A model generated the notes under the pieces. That model had not been told where the DNA came from. It saw only the letters and a program-made list of their open reading frames with translations, and did not search any database. The position numbers and the translations under genes were made by a program. A stretch of DNA of 64,000 nt from Eledone cirrhosa (lineage: Eukaryota), in the NCBI GenBank assembly GCA_964016885.1, contig CAXHJY010001768.1:124001-188000 (forward strand), written 5' to 3'. Shown here in pieces: positions 14,437 to 30,898 of this stretch (the first letter of the stretch is position 1; the number at the start of each line of letters is the position of its first letter).

Positions 14437-15313
14437 CGAGCTCTGTCAGAAAAGTTCCAGGACTGATGTCACAAAAGATTTATTTCAAACTTCAGACTAA
14501 GAGTTTTCTCCTTCAAAGTAATCCCCCTGGAGTATGTAACTGTAATCTTAGCTCTCTGCAGCGATCAAACTTTTTTCTTCATAATTTTATATACATGTCT
14601 TCTGTTTCAGGTCGTCAAGCAATGAGCACAGAGCAACGAACAAACTTGAAAACTCTGTCAGAAGCACTGGGATTGCTGCAGCAAGTGTATTGAGATGAGA
14701 TGATGTCACGCTCACGTGTTTTTGAGTGGTGCAAGAGGTTTAAAGAAGGGCGCGAGGACGTGGAAGATGACCCCAGGAGTGGAAGGCCCTCAACAACCAG
14801 GACTGAGGTCAACGTTGAGCGCGTCAGGCAGATGGTGCATAGGGATCATCGGCTGACTGTTCGACTGATGGCAAATGAGCTGGGCATGAATTGGGACAGC
14901 GTCTGGAAGATTCTCACTGAAGATTTGGACATGCGGAAAGTCTGCGCGAAGATGGTGCCAAAACTGCTGAACGATGACCAGAAGGGTCGACGCATGCAAG
15001 TGTGCCAGGACATCCTCGAGCGTCTTGAAACCGAACCAGACTTGCTAGGGACAGTCATCACCGGTGATGTGTCATGGATCTTCGAATACAACCCGGAGGG
15101 GACCCGTTTTGAAGACGTGAATGACATCAAAAAGGCCGTGACGACGGAACTGCGGAGGATGCCGGAAGAATCCTTCCAGGAGTGCATGCAAGGATGGAAA
15201 AGTGCATTAGACTCCAGGGGGATTACTTTGAAGGAGAAAAGTCTTAGTGTGAAGTTTGGGTTTGAAATAAATTTTTTGTGACATCAGTCCTGGAACTTTT
15301 CTGACCCACCTCG
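14437..15313 (+). mobile_element. Internally deleted mariner element
   Basis: TA flanks and ~100-bp inverted ends (CGAG..TCAGAAAAGTTCCAGGACTGATGTCAC). ORF 14700-15281 has mariner HTH motifs (VFEWCKRFKEGRE, PRSGRPST, AKMVPKLL, VITGD) but lacks the 2nd/3rd catalytic Asp region. Confidence 0.92.
14700..15281 (+). pseudogene. Truncated mariner transposase (DNA-binding region fused to C-terminus)
   Basis: Junction WIFEYNPE|GTRFEDV skips the HDNA and YSPDL motifs. Confidence 0.85.
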
Positions 15314-15315
15314 TA

Positions 15316-15700
15316 TATATATAAAGTTGTATTCCTGTCTGTTTGTTTGTTTCTTCACAAACTCCTCCTATGGTTTTGGAGATAGACCTCCATAACCATA
15401 CATATTCTGAAACTACATTGTCCAGGGTACTTGGATAAGTATATTTCATTTTAATCAAAGGGTTCCCTGGGGGCAAAAAAAACCCCGCTGAAAATTTTTT
15501 CCCTTTGATTCATATGAAATTTAAACCATAGGTAAATGACAAGATATGATGCCAATTCAGAGAATTTCAGTAAATTTCAATAATATTAAGACACCTAATA
15601 GGGGGTTAAACCCCCTATTAGGGTTCCTCAGAGACACAAAGCCCCGCTGAAAATTTTTTTCCCTTCGATTTATATAAAATGTAGAAATGAGATAATAGGA
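15316..15700 (+). mobile_element. Possible Helitron/Helentron-associated short element
   Basis: TATATAAAG..GTCTGTTTGTTTG..AAACTCCTCCTA start, internal duplication CCCCGCTGAAAATTTTTT and a small palindrome at 15594-15622. Confidence 0.3.
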
Positions 15701-15936
15701 CTAGGGGTCCCTATCATTCCACTGCAAAGTGGGCGTGTAGGCGCCAAAACAGCACCCAGCCCACACTGTAAAGTGGGTGTGTAGGTGCCACGGAAAAAAA
15801 AGCACCCAGCACTCACTGTAAATGAGATTGGTGTTAGGAAGGGCATCCAGCTGTAGAAATCAAGCCAGAATCAGTTCCCATCCTACCCTTGCAAGCAGGG
15901 AAAAGCGGACGTAAAATGATGATGATAATGATGATG
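15700..15936 (+). mobile_element. SINE family A, 3' part
   Basis: CACTGTAAAGTGG modules, AGGAAGGGCATCCAGC and (GAT)n tail. Confidence 0.8.
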
Positions 15937-16103
15937 GAGGGTCAGCTGAAAAGTTCATAGGTTGATCAAATGAGGTTTACTTTTCAACATAGTCCCTGGA
16001 AAGAAACAATGAATTTATTGATGAGAAGAGTTGAAATTAATGCATGCAAGATTTCACAGCTCTAGCATCAGTTGTCAGTGTATGAACTTTTCAGTCTAAC
16101 CTC
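15937..16103. mobile_element. Mariner-derived MITE
   Basis: TIR GAGGGTCAGCTGAAAAGTTCATAG / TATGAACTTTTCAGTCTAACCTC; related to 47127-47464. Confidence 0.7.
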
Positions 16104-16746
16104 AGGTCTTGAAAAATCACCCCTACACTATTAATTTGTCAGATTTCTTCCAACCCACTCGCTCTTATCCCCACCCCAACCTCGTTAATTAAATTTTGCT
16201 AATCTATCTCCAGTAAATTTTTTTAAACCATTATACATGACAAAAAAGTACATTACTAGAAGTCCCATACATTATAAAATAAATAGGATGGGTTGGGGTC
16301 TCAATATGTAAACTAAACAACTAATTCTGGTTTTTAAAAAATAATCAACTGAGACATCCTAGAAAAATTACCAATTTTCCACCACCACCCCACTTGTGCA
16401 TCTCCCTCCCCCCATTATTTGGGACCCGTGGGTATGCACATATGAGTAAGCACACCTACCTACACATATTTAGGCATATGCACTTACCCAAAACTAAATA
16501 ACATATACGTTTTTTTCTAAATTTTGTCTGTAATATTAGGAAATGTTTATACTGCCTCCACAGATTTTAGAATATTTAAATTTCTAACATATTTATACAA
16601 ATATATATACAAGTATCATCATCATCATCATCATCATCGTTTAACGTCCATTTTCCACGCTAGCATGGGTCTGGACGGGAATTGTCCCACTTGAGGCAAG
16701 ATTGGTTGTCTTGCTCAGGACTGTCTGGCGGGTTTTCTACGGCTGG

Positions 16747-16803
<57 letters not shown>

Positions 16804-17512
16804 TTTTCCACGTGCTTACGCTCTGCTAACTCTCTAGCCCACTAAATATTAACACTTCGAATATTTAATACTGCCGGCACTAGTATCGAGCACCTTTGGC
16901 ATACGTTACTTGGCAAATAACTATATGTATCACCTATCCTCCCCTTTTTTTCTCTCTCTCAATACATAAATACTGTATATATATATACATTTAAAAAAAA
17001 AAAAATGATGAATATATATATATATATATTATATGAAAAAAAAAATATATATATATATATGCATACACATACCTACATATACATACACGCACGCACACAA
17101 ACACACATACATACAGGCATACACAAACACACATGCATGCATGCTTGCACAAACACATATATCCACACACATGCATGCACATAGACATACATACATACAT
17201 ACACACACATGCATGCACATAGACAAACATACATGTGCTGTAATGTGAATTATATATGTGATGGATATATATGTATACTGATAACACACACAATACTTTT
17301 TCAGCCAAGTTAACAGTTGGAAGTATGACTGTGGAATACATTAAAACATCCGTGGGGGGAGGGGAGATGAAATAATATCTCAACTTCAATCAATAAGACA
17401 AAAGTCTACTGATGTATGTCATGATATGTAGTACGACAGAACTACAGAACCATTGATAGCATTGACACATAATAGTGCGGATATATATTCTATATAATAC
17501 GTCTGCTTACAA

Positions 17513-17587
<75 letters not shown>

Positions 17588-17590
<3 letters not shown>

Positions 17591-17862
17591 TAGAAGTTGT
17601 ATTTAATTTTTTGGAAGTCCGACAAACATAAATGTTTATAACTGATTTAGAGCACTCAACAAGTTACTGGAGTAAATATTCAATGATATTAAATAAATAG
17701 AAACTATATTTATAAAACCATATTTATTTTATTATATATATTTCAAGGGCAACCAAGACAACATTGGTGCACTTTCATCAGATAAAATACAAAGTTTGTT
17801 TTATAAATAGAGACGTACCCATGAAAATCATACCTTATCGGTTGGAAATTCACTGGATAGTG
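17588..17862 (-). mobile_element. Penelope-like/retrozyme-like element, copy 1
   Basis: Homologous to 20527-20748, adjoins (TA)n and carries a type I hammerhead. Confidence 0.65.
17725..17789 (-). ncRNA. Type I hammerhead ribozyme
   Basis: Minus strand: TATTTTAT-CTGATGA-AAGTGCACCAA..TTGGTTGCCCTT-GAAA-TATATATA-ATAAAATA. Intact core, 8-bp stem I, long stem II. Confidence 0.75.
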
Positions 17863-18115
17863 GAAATATATTAGGGATTCATCATCATTTTACGTCCGCT
17901 TTTCCCTGCTTGCAAGGGTGGGACTATTCAAATATATTAGGGCTTATTCAAACTTATGTGTGAATATGCAAATGAATATGTAAATAATTGAAAAACAACT
18001 GTTTATTTAAATAAATATATATATATATATAGAGAGAGAGAGGCTGCAGTGGTGAGACCACTAATCATGGGAGTACTCAATGCATGGGGAGATGTAGAGT
18101 GGGTGTAGGGACTTA

Positions 18116-18251
<136 letters not shown>

Positions 18252-18930
18252 GAGAGAGAGAGAGAGAACTGCAGACACTAATGTTTCTGGGTGATTACCC
18301 TTCATCAGTACAGTTCACTGTTCACCTGCCAACTGTCAGAGCTAGTGAAAATATATGATATTTTCTAAAATATACAGTGACTGATCGGCCTGATTTGCAT
18401 ATTAGCAGATTGCCTGATCAGTCAGATTTGTATATTAGCAGACTCACTAATCAGCCAGATTTGCATATCAGCAGATAGGCCAATCAGTTTCATGTATACG
18501 AGCGATCAATGGCCAGCTTTACCATATTCAAATAACAAACAAATGGTTTATCGCTCTACATGGCTGAATACGACAAATGTAATCTGAGTTTTTCGAATAT
18601 TAATAATAACTGCAGTTTTGTTTACATGCCAACGCAAGAGCAAAAATAACGGGGTCATTCTACTGACATGGCTATAATGAGGCTGTTTGCATAATTGCAA
18701 ACGAATCGAATATTATTTAGTCACTTGTTTAGTCACATGCAGGAATATAGTGAACTTATTCTAAAATATGTATATTATATCAGTTAGGAAAGAACTCAAT
18801 ACATTAAGAATGTAAACTCTATTTATTAGATTAATATGTGTTGTCGAAATACATTTACAGACACACACAAACATATACATATAAACATGTATATACACAA
18901 ATATATACACTTGCAAACACACATAAACAT

Positions 18931-19405
18931 ATTAGTGGTTAGAGCATTGGACTTGCAATCGAAAGGTTGTGAGTTCAATTCTCAGACCAGGTGATGTGTT
19001 GTTTCCTTGAGCAAGACACATTATTTCACATTGCTCCAGTTTACTCAGCTGTTGAAATGAGATGATAGGGACTGGGGTGGACTGGGGTCCCTATCATTCC
19101 ACTGCAGAGTGGTCGTGGAGGTGCCACAGCAAAAAAGCACCCAGCCCACACTGTAAAGTGGATGTGTAGGCACCACGGCAAAAAAGCACCCAGCACTCAC
19201 TGTAAATGAGGTTGGTGTTAGGAAGGGCATCCAGCTGTAGAAATCAAGCCAGAATCAGTGTCTGGTCGGCTGACCTTGTCTTGCTCATACTGGAGTATGA
19301 GCAAGACAAGGTCAGCCGACCAGACACTGCCCACAACAGAACAACCCATCTAACCCATGCTAGCGTGGAAGAACGGACGTAAAACGGTGATGATGATGAT
19401 GATGT
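18931..19405 (+). mobile_element. SINE family A (tRNA head + core + RTE tail), rearranged tail
   Basis: TTAGTGGTTAGAGC A-box, TTGCAAT anticodon-like loop, GAGTTCAATTC B-box, CCTTGAGCAAGACAC core, RTE tail. Confidence 0.85.
19256..19329. repeat. Perfect 74-bp palindrome
   Basis: 36-bp arms with a GG centre. Confidence 0.95.
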
Positions 19406-19419
19406 CTATATATATAGAT

Positions 19420-19620
19420 ATCATCATCATCGTTTCACGTCCGTTCTTCCACACTGGGTTAGACGGGTTGTTCTGTTGTGGGCAGTGTCCGGTCGGCTGA
19501 CCTTGTCTTGCTCATACGGGAACTGATTCTGCTTGATTTCTACAGCTGGATGCCCTTCCTAACACCAACCTCATTTACAGTGAGTTGCTGCGGCGTCTAC
19601 ACGTCCACTTTACAGTGGAG
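19420..19620 (-). mobile_element. SINE family A tail (inverted relative to the preceding copy)
   Basis: Reverse complement of ~19200-19400. Confidence 0.8.
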
Positions 19621-20298
19621 TGGGGGCATATTGTCTATATGCTTATATATAAATATATATATATACATAAATATATACACTTGCAGGCACACAAACACAT
19701 ACACATACATATAAACATATATATACACAAATCTATAAACTTGCAGACAAACTCATACACATATATAAGGATATATATATACACAAATATATACACCTGC
19801 AGACACATAAGCACATAGACATATATATATATACACATATATATACACTTGCAGACACACATATACATATAAACATATATATATACACAAGTATATATAC
19901 CCGCAGATACATATATATAAATATATATATACACAAATATATACAACCACAGATAAACATATATATAAACATATATATACACTCGCAGACACAATGGCAC
20001 CTCTCATCCCCTGCTTCCCCCCACTTACATACAAAGTTGGGGTCACATTGACCCACAAACCATAACATAGCACCACATCTTGCTTCCCTTCCCAATCCCT
20101 GGGTCTGCATACCACTTCTACACTCACACACTGTGAATCCCCACCACTACCACCCCACCCACATAAACACCCCCTCACACTAACACCTACAACAATAACA
20201 GTCACCCACCACCAGCAACACCGCCACCTCTCCATTCACAGAAAACTGCAGCCATCGAGCATCATTTCTTTAACAATTATACACACAACACCATGCAT

Positions 20299-20345
<47 letters not shown>

Positions 20346-20526
20346 CATATATACAAAAACACACACATATATATATACACATACATACATATACACACAT
20401 TTACATATATTTACATATATACACACATATACACACATATATACATATAAATACACTCAAATACATATATATATACACATATATATATAAATATACAATA
20501 TATATATAATATATATATATATATAT

Positions 20527-20748
20527 GTAGGAGTTGTATTTAATTTGTTGAAATTTCGACAAACATAAATGTTAATCCAGCGAATCTTCGGACCGTGAAG
20601 GTGTGATCTCCATGGGTATGTCATTATTTATAAAACAAATTTTGTATTTTATCTGATGAAAGCGCACCAAGATTTGCTTGGTCGCCCTTGAAATATATAT
20701 ATAATAAAATAAATATGGTTTTATAAATATAGTTTCCATTTATTATTA
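20527..20748 (+). mobile_element. Penelope-like/retrozyme-like element, copy 2 with inverted 3' end at its 5' side
   Basis: 20527-20573 matches 17590-17637 in the same orientation, while 20574-20748 matches 17692-17858 inverted. Confidence 0.65.
20645..20711 (+). ncRNA. Type I hammerhead ribozyme
   Basis: TATTTTAT-CTGATGA-AAGCGCACCAAG-ATTTG-CTTGGTCGCCCTT-GAAA-TATATATATA-ATAAAATA; predicted cleavage after AUA at 20703. Confidence 0.8.
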
Positions 20749-21052
20749 TCTTGGTATATATATCCCGTCGAGGTTAACTTTGCCTTTCATCCTTACGGGG
20801 TCGATAAAATAAAGTACCAGTAATGCACTGGGATAATCGCTGGCCTTGTGCCAAAAGTAGAAACAATATATATATATATATATACACACACACAGACATA
20901 TATATATATCTATTATATGTATAATATACACACCATATAAGCACATGTAAAAATCTATACATAATGATTTTTTATTGAGACACAATTCCAGTAATTTGTG
21001 GGGAGGGGGAAGCCAATTATATTAATCATAGTACATTACTGGTACTTTATAA

Positions 21053-21145
21053 TAGGGGTCACCAACCTTTTGGACCTCATGGACCACTAAATTCATAATT
21101 TTAAATCCTGCAAACGACTAATATGAATTTTTTAAAAAAGATAAA
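21053..21145. mobile_element. hAT (Charlie-like) terminal fragment
   Basis: AGGGGTCACCAACCTTTT terminus. Confidence 0.45.
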
Positions 21146-21160
21146 TGTTTGTAAAATAAT

Positions 21161-21355
21161 TGTTTCTACTTTTGGCACAAGGCCAGCAATTACCTCAGTA
21201 CATTACTGGTACTTTATTTTATCTACCCCGTAGGGAGGAAAGGCAAAGTTAACCGCGGTGGGATTTGAACTCAGAACATAAAGAATCATAAATCTATGCT
21301 GCAAATCACGATGTCTGACGCTCTACTGATATTGCCGATCCACTGCACTTTTACA
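21161..21355 (-). mobile_element. SINE family B with TSD
   Basis: 13-bp TSD TTTGTAAAATAAT at 21148-21160 and 21356-21368. Confidence 0.85.
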
Positions 21356-21672
21356 TTTGTAAAATAATGATCAGAGAACTTCTATTTTATTAATATGAAA
21401 TGCACCTATTAAATATAACAAAATTATACCATCAGTGGTAGGTGAGCCACCAGTTGGTGACAACTGCTTTATATCATTGACTTCAGAAGGATGGAGGTAA
21501 AGTTCACCTCTGACCTCAGAAGGATGGAGGGCAAAGTTGACCTCTAACCTCAGAAGGATGGAGGGCAAAGCCGACCTCCACAGAATTTGAACTCAGAACA
21601 TAAAGAAATGTAACTGAATACTGTAAAGCATTTAGTCCAACGCTCTAATAATACAAACATAATAGCTATGTA

Positions 21673-21718
<46 letters not shown>

Positions 21719-21850
21719 GGGGGGGGGGCATATGTAAAATTCCATGGCATTTTACACATTTCTATACCCGCTCTACATCTCCCCATGTATTGAGTACTCC
21801 CATGATTAGTAGTCTCCTCGGTCTCAGCACTGCAGATTATATATATGTAT

Positions 21851-22166
21851 ATCATCATCATCATCATTTTACGTCCGCTTTTCTCTGCTTGCAAGGGTGG
21901 GAGGGGAACTGATTCTGGCTTGATTTCTACAGCTGGATGCCCTTCCTAACACCAACCTCATTTACAGTGAGTGCTGGGTGCTTTTTTGCCGTGGCACCTA
22001 CACGTCCACTTTACAGTGGAATGATAGGGACCCCATCTCATTTCTACAGCTGAGTAAACTGGAGCAATGTGAAGTAAAGTGTCTTGCTCAAGGAAACAAC
22101 ACATCACCTGGTCTGAGAATTGAACCCACAACCTTTCGATTGCAAGATCAATGCTCTAACCACTAA

Positions 22167-22170
<4 letters not shown>
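21851..22170 (-). mobile_element. SINE family A
   Basis: Near full-length reverse-complement copy. Confidence 0.9.
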
Positions 22171-22201
<31 letters not shown>

Positions 22202-22213
22202 ATATATATATAT

Positions 22214-22491
22214 CTTGCAATCGAAAGGTTGTGAGTTCAATTCTCAGACCGGGTGATGTGTTGTTTCCTTGAGCAAGACACTTTATTTCACATTGCTCCA
22301 GTTTACTCAGCTGTAGAAATGAAATAGGGTCCATATTATTCCACTGCAAAGTAGTCGTGGAGGTGCCACAGCAAAAAAGCACCCAGCACTCACTGTAAAT
22401 GAGGTTGGTGTTAGGAAGGGCATCCAGCTGTAGAAATCAAGCCAGAATCAGTCCCCCCCCCCCCTTGCAAGCAGGGAAAAGCGGACGTAAA

Positions 22492-22522
<31 letters not shown>
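22214..22522 (+). mobile_element. SINE family A
   Basis: Head-to-head with the previous copy across a (TA)n spacer. Confidence 0.9.
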
Positions 22523-22752
22523 CACATACATAAGTACACACATATATCATCATCATTTATATACATAAATATTAAGGTCAATACACAATAAAAATCTAAT
22601 ACATGTAAAGAAACTTCATCGTTTTAATACATACTTGTTTTGGTACCATCAGCCATAATTCACTGAATCATCTACACTATATACAAATATATATATATAC
22701 ATATATATGTAAACTCATGCAAGCGTGGAAGATGGACGTTAAACGATGATGA

Positions 22753-22811
<59 letters not shown>

Positions 22812-23324
22812 TACATATATGCACACACATTCATATATATTTATTTATGTTGTGTGGTTCACCAAGGGATAGAACTGGATCATTCCGTTTAATAATGATG
22901 CAGTAGGAAAAGCACTCTACGTTATGTAATTCATTCCTCATTGATGTTGAATCCCATGGCTGGTGCAGAAACGGAGTTAAATATTAATTTAATTAAACAT
23001 CACAAAGCTGGACTGGAGATATTCCTTTAAAGTTTTATTCTTGCAAAAAACGCCATATATATTTCAATGGCCTGATAATATATACATATACACATGTGTA
23101 TATATATAATCATATATAATTATATATATACATATATATACATATACACGTGTACATATACACATACGTATATATATAATTATCTATGTACATATATATA
23201 CATATACACGTACGTATATATATAATTATATATATACATATATATACACATACGTATATATATAATTATATATATACATATATATATACACATATACACA
23301 TATACATATATATATACATATACA

Positions 23325-23781
23325 CCCGCGTCCCACCCCCCACCCACCCCATCCACACCGCCCCTTCAATGTAAAGTTATGTTGGTGCCACAACATCCAG
23401 GCCGAAACAAATGAGATCGTGTAGGTGTCACGACAAAAAACACACAGTCCACGCTGTAATGTGGCCGTGTAGGCAACACGGTAAAAACCTGCCAGCCCCA
23501 CACTGTAAATGTGGTTGGTGTTAGGAAGGGCATCCAGCCGTAGAAAACCTGCCAGACAGTCCACGCTGTAATGTGGCCGTGTAGGCAACACGGTAAAAAC
23601 CTCCCAGCCCCACACTGTAAATGTGGTTGGTGTTAGGAAGGGCATCCAGCTGTAGAAAACCCGCCAGACAGTCCTATGCGAGCAAGACAATCACTCTTGC
23701 CTCAAGTGGGACTACCCCCGTCCAAACCCATGTAAGTGTGGAACACGGACGTTAAACGTTGATGATGATGATGATGATGAT
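23325..23781 (+). mobile_element. RTE LINE 3'UTR fragment with internal ~110-bp tandem duplication
   Basis: Matches 29430-29770; segment CAGTCCACGCTG..GTAGAAAACC occurs twice. Confidence 0.85.
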
Positions 23782-24044
23782 ATAATTATATATACATATA
23801 TATATACACATACGTATATATATAATTATATATATACATATATATATACATATACACATACGTATATATATAATTATATATATACATATATATATATACA
23901 TATACACATATATATAATTATATATATACATATATATATATATACATATACATATATATACATATACACATGTACACATACGTATATATATAATTATATA
24001 TATACATATATATACATATAATTATACGTATATATACATATATA

Positions 24045-24655
24045 TCTTGTTGGTTGTCCATCATAAACGATAATGACATCTTCTTTATTTTAGTTCCCGT
24101 CTGCCGTGGGCATGAAGGTGGCTGTGGAGGCCGATCATTGCCGCAGGGCTTTGGGAGTGCACGCTAAAGAAGAAACCTGTGTGGGAAAGGTTTATAGTGG
24201 GAGGGCTAGTGCACAGTGACGGTCCCACTCACTCGGCCGCAGAAGCCAGAATCCGGTGGTACGGAAGACTGTGACGACCAGGGACTTCCTTGGCTGCAGT
24301 GGATGGCCACGACGTCTGTAGTGCCTTGCCATGCTCTAGCGCTCCACACCACTTTCATGACCATTGGGACAATGTTGTCCTCCTCCACTCACTTCACCAG
24401 GTCCAGTCTTCGCATGCAGGGGCAGGCATCCCCTATCTAACTCACCAGGGGGTTTCAGACCCATCCAGCTACCCTCAGCCTGGTTTGGCCCGCCAACCAA
24501 GGCAGTTTACCGCTGTCGCATGCTACAGCTTCTGGGGGCCACAGGTGAGAGCTGAGTGTCAGGTGGGACCCAATGCAGGACGAGCTGCCTTGAAAAGGGC
24601 ATGGCTACCCCCCCCCCCCCTACAGAGGTACATGCCCCTCCCTGACACCCCAGGA
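24045..24655 (-). mobile_element. Non-autonomous RTE/BovB-like element (5'UTR + 3' end)
   Basis: GC-rich. Minus strand has CAGCTCTCACCTGTGG..AAACCAGGCTGAGGGTAGC (RTE 5'UTR-like) and ends GATGGACAACCAACAAG. Confidence 0.5.
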
Positions 24656-24704
24656 ATATATACACGTATATATATACACATACATATGTACATGTTTACA
24701 CATT

Positions 24705-24893
24705 TTTGGATGGCCGTTGACACATCAGTTCTTCCACCCTTTGTCAGGTTTTGTTTTTTGTCCAGCAGGGTGTCCAAAATCACCCTCCTCACCAAGTAAA
24801 CTTAGTGGGGTTGTCAGTTTAGTCGCCGACGACCCGACCATGCAACGGGTTGTACTGGTTTACATGTTACCAGTAACACTCAAGAGTGACCTG
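24705..24893 (-). mobile_element. RTE 5'UTR-like repeat
   Basis: Clear homology to 52545-52737 (inverted); GGCGACTAAACTG.CAACCCCAC motif. Confidence 0.65.
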
Positions 24894-25255
24894 TGTGTAT
24901 GTATATATACATACAATTATATATATACACATAATTATATATATACACATATACATATAATTATATATATACACATAATTATATATATACACATATACAT
25001 ATAATTATATATATACATATATACATATAATTATATATACATATAATTATATATATACATATATACATTTATATATATACATATATACATATAATTATAT
25101 ATATACATATATAATATACACATATACATATAATTATATATATATAATTATATATATACATATACACATATACATATACATATATATACATATATACATA
25201 TACACATATACATATAATTATATATATACATATATACATATACACATATATATAA

Positions 25256-25290
<35 letters not shown>

Positions 25291-25534
25291 TATCATCATT
25301 TTTGTGTCCATTTTTCCACACTTGCATGGGTTGGACAGGTTTTTTTCAGCACAATATCTCTCCATTCACCTATTGGGTATGACTCTATCCAGTATTATCT
25401 GATTGACTATGCGAGTTACTAGTTCGACCCCTACTTCTCCTGAGGCTGTAATGCTCTGGTTTTTCTCTCATGAGAAACACTTTGACAGGACCAAAAGTTC
25501 AACTAAAGATATGACAGCTGGTTATGGAGAGACT

Positions 25535-26109
25535 CTAGAGACTTCCAAAGTTTCTGGCATTTGTGATGGTTCTAGGAGTTGTGAGCAGTGAGAGAGATGT
25601 CACACCTCTTTACTTCTTCCCTTAGAGATAAGAGTCAATGCTACTGACTATAAGGATGTGTTAGGGAGGGATGTGAGACCTTGGATAGTGACTGTGAGTA
25701 AAAAAAGACCATACACCTCTCAACAAGACTCCATCTCATAGGTTAAGACGACCCAAGAATGAATGAGTTACAATCTCCATAATCATGTCACCCCAAACAT
25801 ATAACCTCCTAGTTCTCCAGACCCGAATCCATTAGACTACTACATATGCTCCCATAACACTATCAAACCTCAAGAATCTGCCAAAACTAGCACAATATTC
25901 AAAATAGATAAAGATCATCTGATTCGGGTTTGCCAATGTTTCATTCCTCATCTTGATACAGACACCGATGTTAATGGCAGATCCATTGAATAGATGCATC
26001 AAGAAAAGTCTCAAGGTTATTCATGCCATTTTTTTCTGACATAAAGCTCTTCTTTCAGGACATATGCATCTTTTACTAAATTCGTGCAAATGTCCTTGAA
26101 CCGAGCATC

Positions 26110-26114
<5 letters not shown>
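25535..26114 (+). pseudogene. Decayed maT/DD37D-like transposase remnant
   Basis: VMVLGVVSSE..FFP, RVNA..Y..VL, QQDS and *PPSSPDPNPLDY motifs; possible CCCTG terminus at ~26110. Confidence 0.65.
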
Positions 26115-29771
<3,657 letters not shown>

Positions 29772-29785
29772 TATATATATAATGA

Positions 29786-30109
29786 TGGAGGCACATGGCT
29801 TAGTGGTTAGAGCATTGGTCTTGCAATCGAAAGGTTGTGAGTTCAATTCTCAGACCGGGTGATGTGCAAGACACTTTATTTCACATTGCTCCAGTTTACT
29901 CAGCTGTAGAAATGAGATGATAGGGACTGGGGTCCCTATCATTCCACTGCAAAGTGGTCGTGGAGGTGCCACGGGAAAAAAAGCACCCACCACTCACTGT
30001 AAATGAGGTTGGTGTTAGGAAGGGCATCCAGCTGTAGAAATCAAGCCAGAATCAGTGTCCGTCCCACCCTTGCAAGCAGGGAAAGCGGACGTAAAATGAT
30101 GATGATGAT

Positions 30110-30112
<3 letters not shown>
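29786..30112 (+). mobile_element. SINE family A, full head
   Basis: GGAGGCACATGGCTTAGTGGTTAGAGC..TTGCAAT..GAGTTCAATTCTC head and RTE tail. Confidence 0.9.
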
Positions 30113-30147
<35 letters not shown>

Positions 30148-30647
30148 TACAGGGTGCTTTATATATATATATATAAAGCACCCAGCCCACTCTGTAAAGT
30201 GGTCATGTAGGTGTCACAACAAAAAGCACCAAGCACACATGGTAAATGTGGTTGGCGTTAGAAACTAAGCCAGAAACAGTTCTGTGTGAGCATAACACAG
30301 TCACCTGACCCAACTTGCCTCAAACGGGATAACCTGTCTAACCCGTGCTAGTGTGGAAAAATGGATATTAAACGATGATGATATAAACAATGAGATATTC
30401 ATTGTTGGTATATCATTCATCACAAGTTTGTTTGATCAGGTTGATTTGAAGTAAACATCAACATCAACAGCAATAGGGAACGTTTATGTGGTTGTTTGAG
30501 CTGCTGAAAACAAAGGAAACCTCTCTGAAATCATGCCCTGTCATCTTGAAAAGTTAAGAAATATATTAGATTATATAGTTTTATATATGTAAAGAGAATG
30601 AGAATTTACAGCTCATATAAAACGTAAGTAGATTTAGCTGGCACATA

Positions 30648-30898
30648 AGGTGATGGTGGTGATAGTGGTGATGGTGATGATGGTGATGATGGTAGTGGTG
30701 GTGATGATGTTGATGGTAGTGGTGGTGATGATGTTGATGATGTTGGTGGTGATGGTTGTGGTGATGGCGGTGGTGATGGTGTTGATGAAGGCATTGGTGG
30801 TGGTGGTGGTGGTGGTGGTGATGATGTTGATGGTGGTGATGGTGATGGTAGTAATGATGATGATGATGATGATGATGGTGATGGTGATGGTGATGATC
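30648..30898. repeat. (GAT/GGT)n tract
   Basis: Trinucleotide repeat. Confidence 0.9.

Noticed and set aside
29786-29860. tRNA-Cys(GCA) gene
   Set aside because: tRNA-like head of a multi-copy SINE; poor acceptor stem; continues into SINE core and RTE tail.
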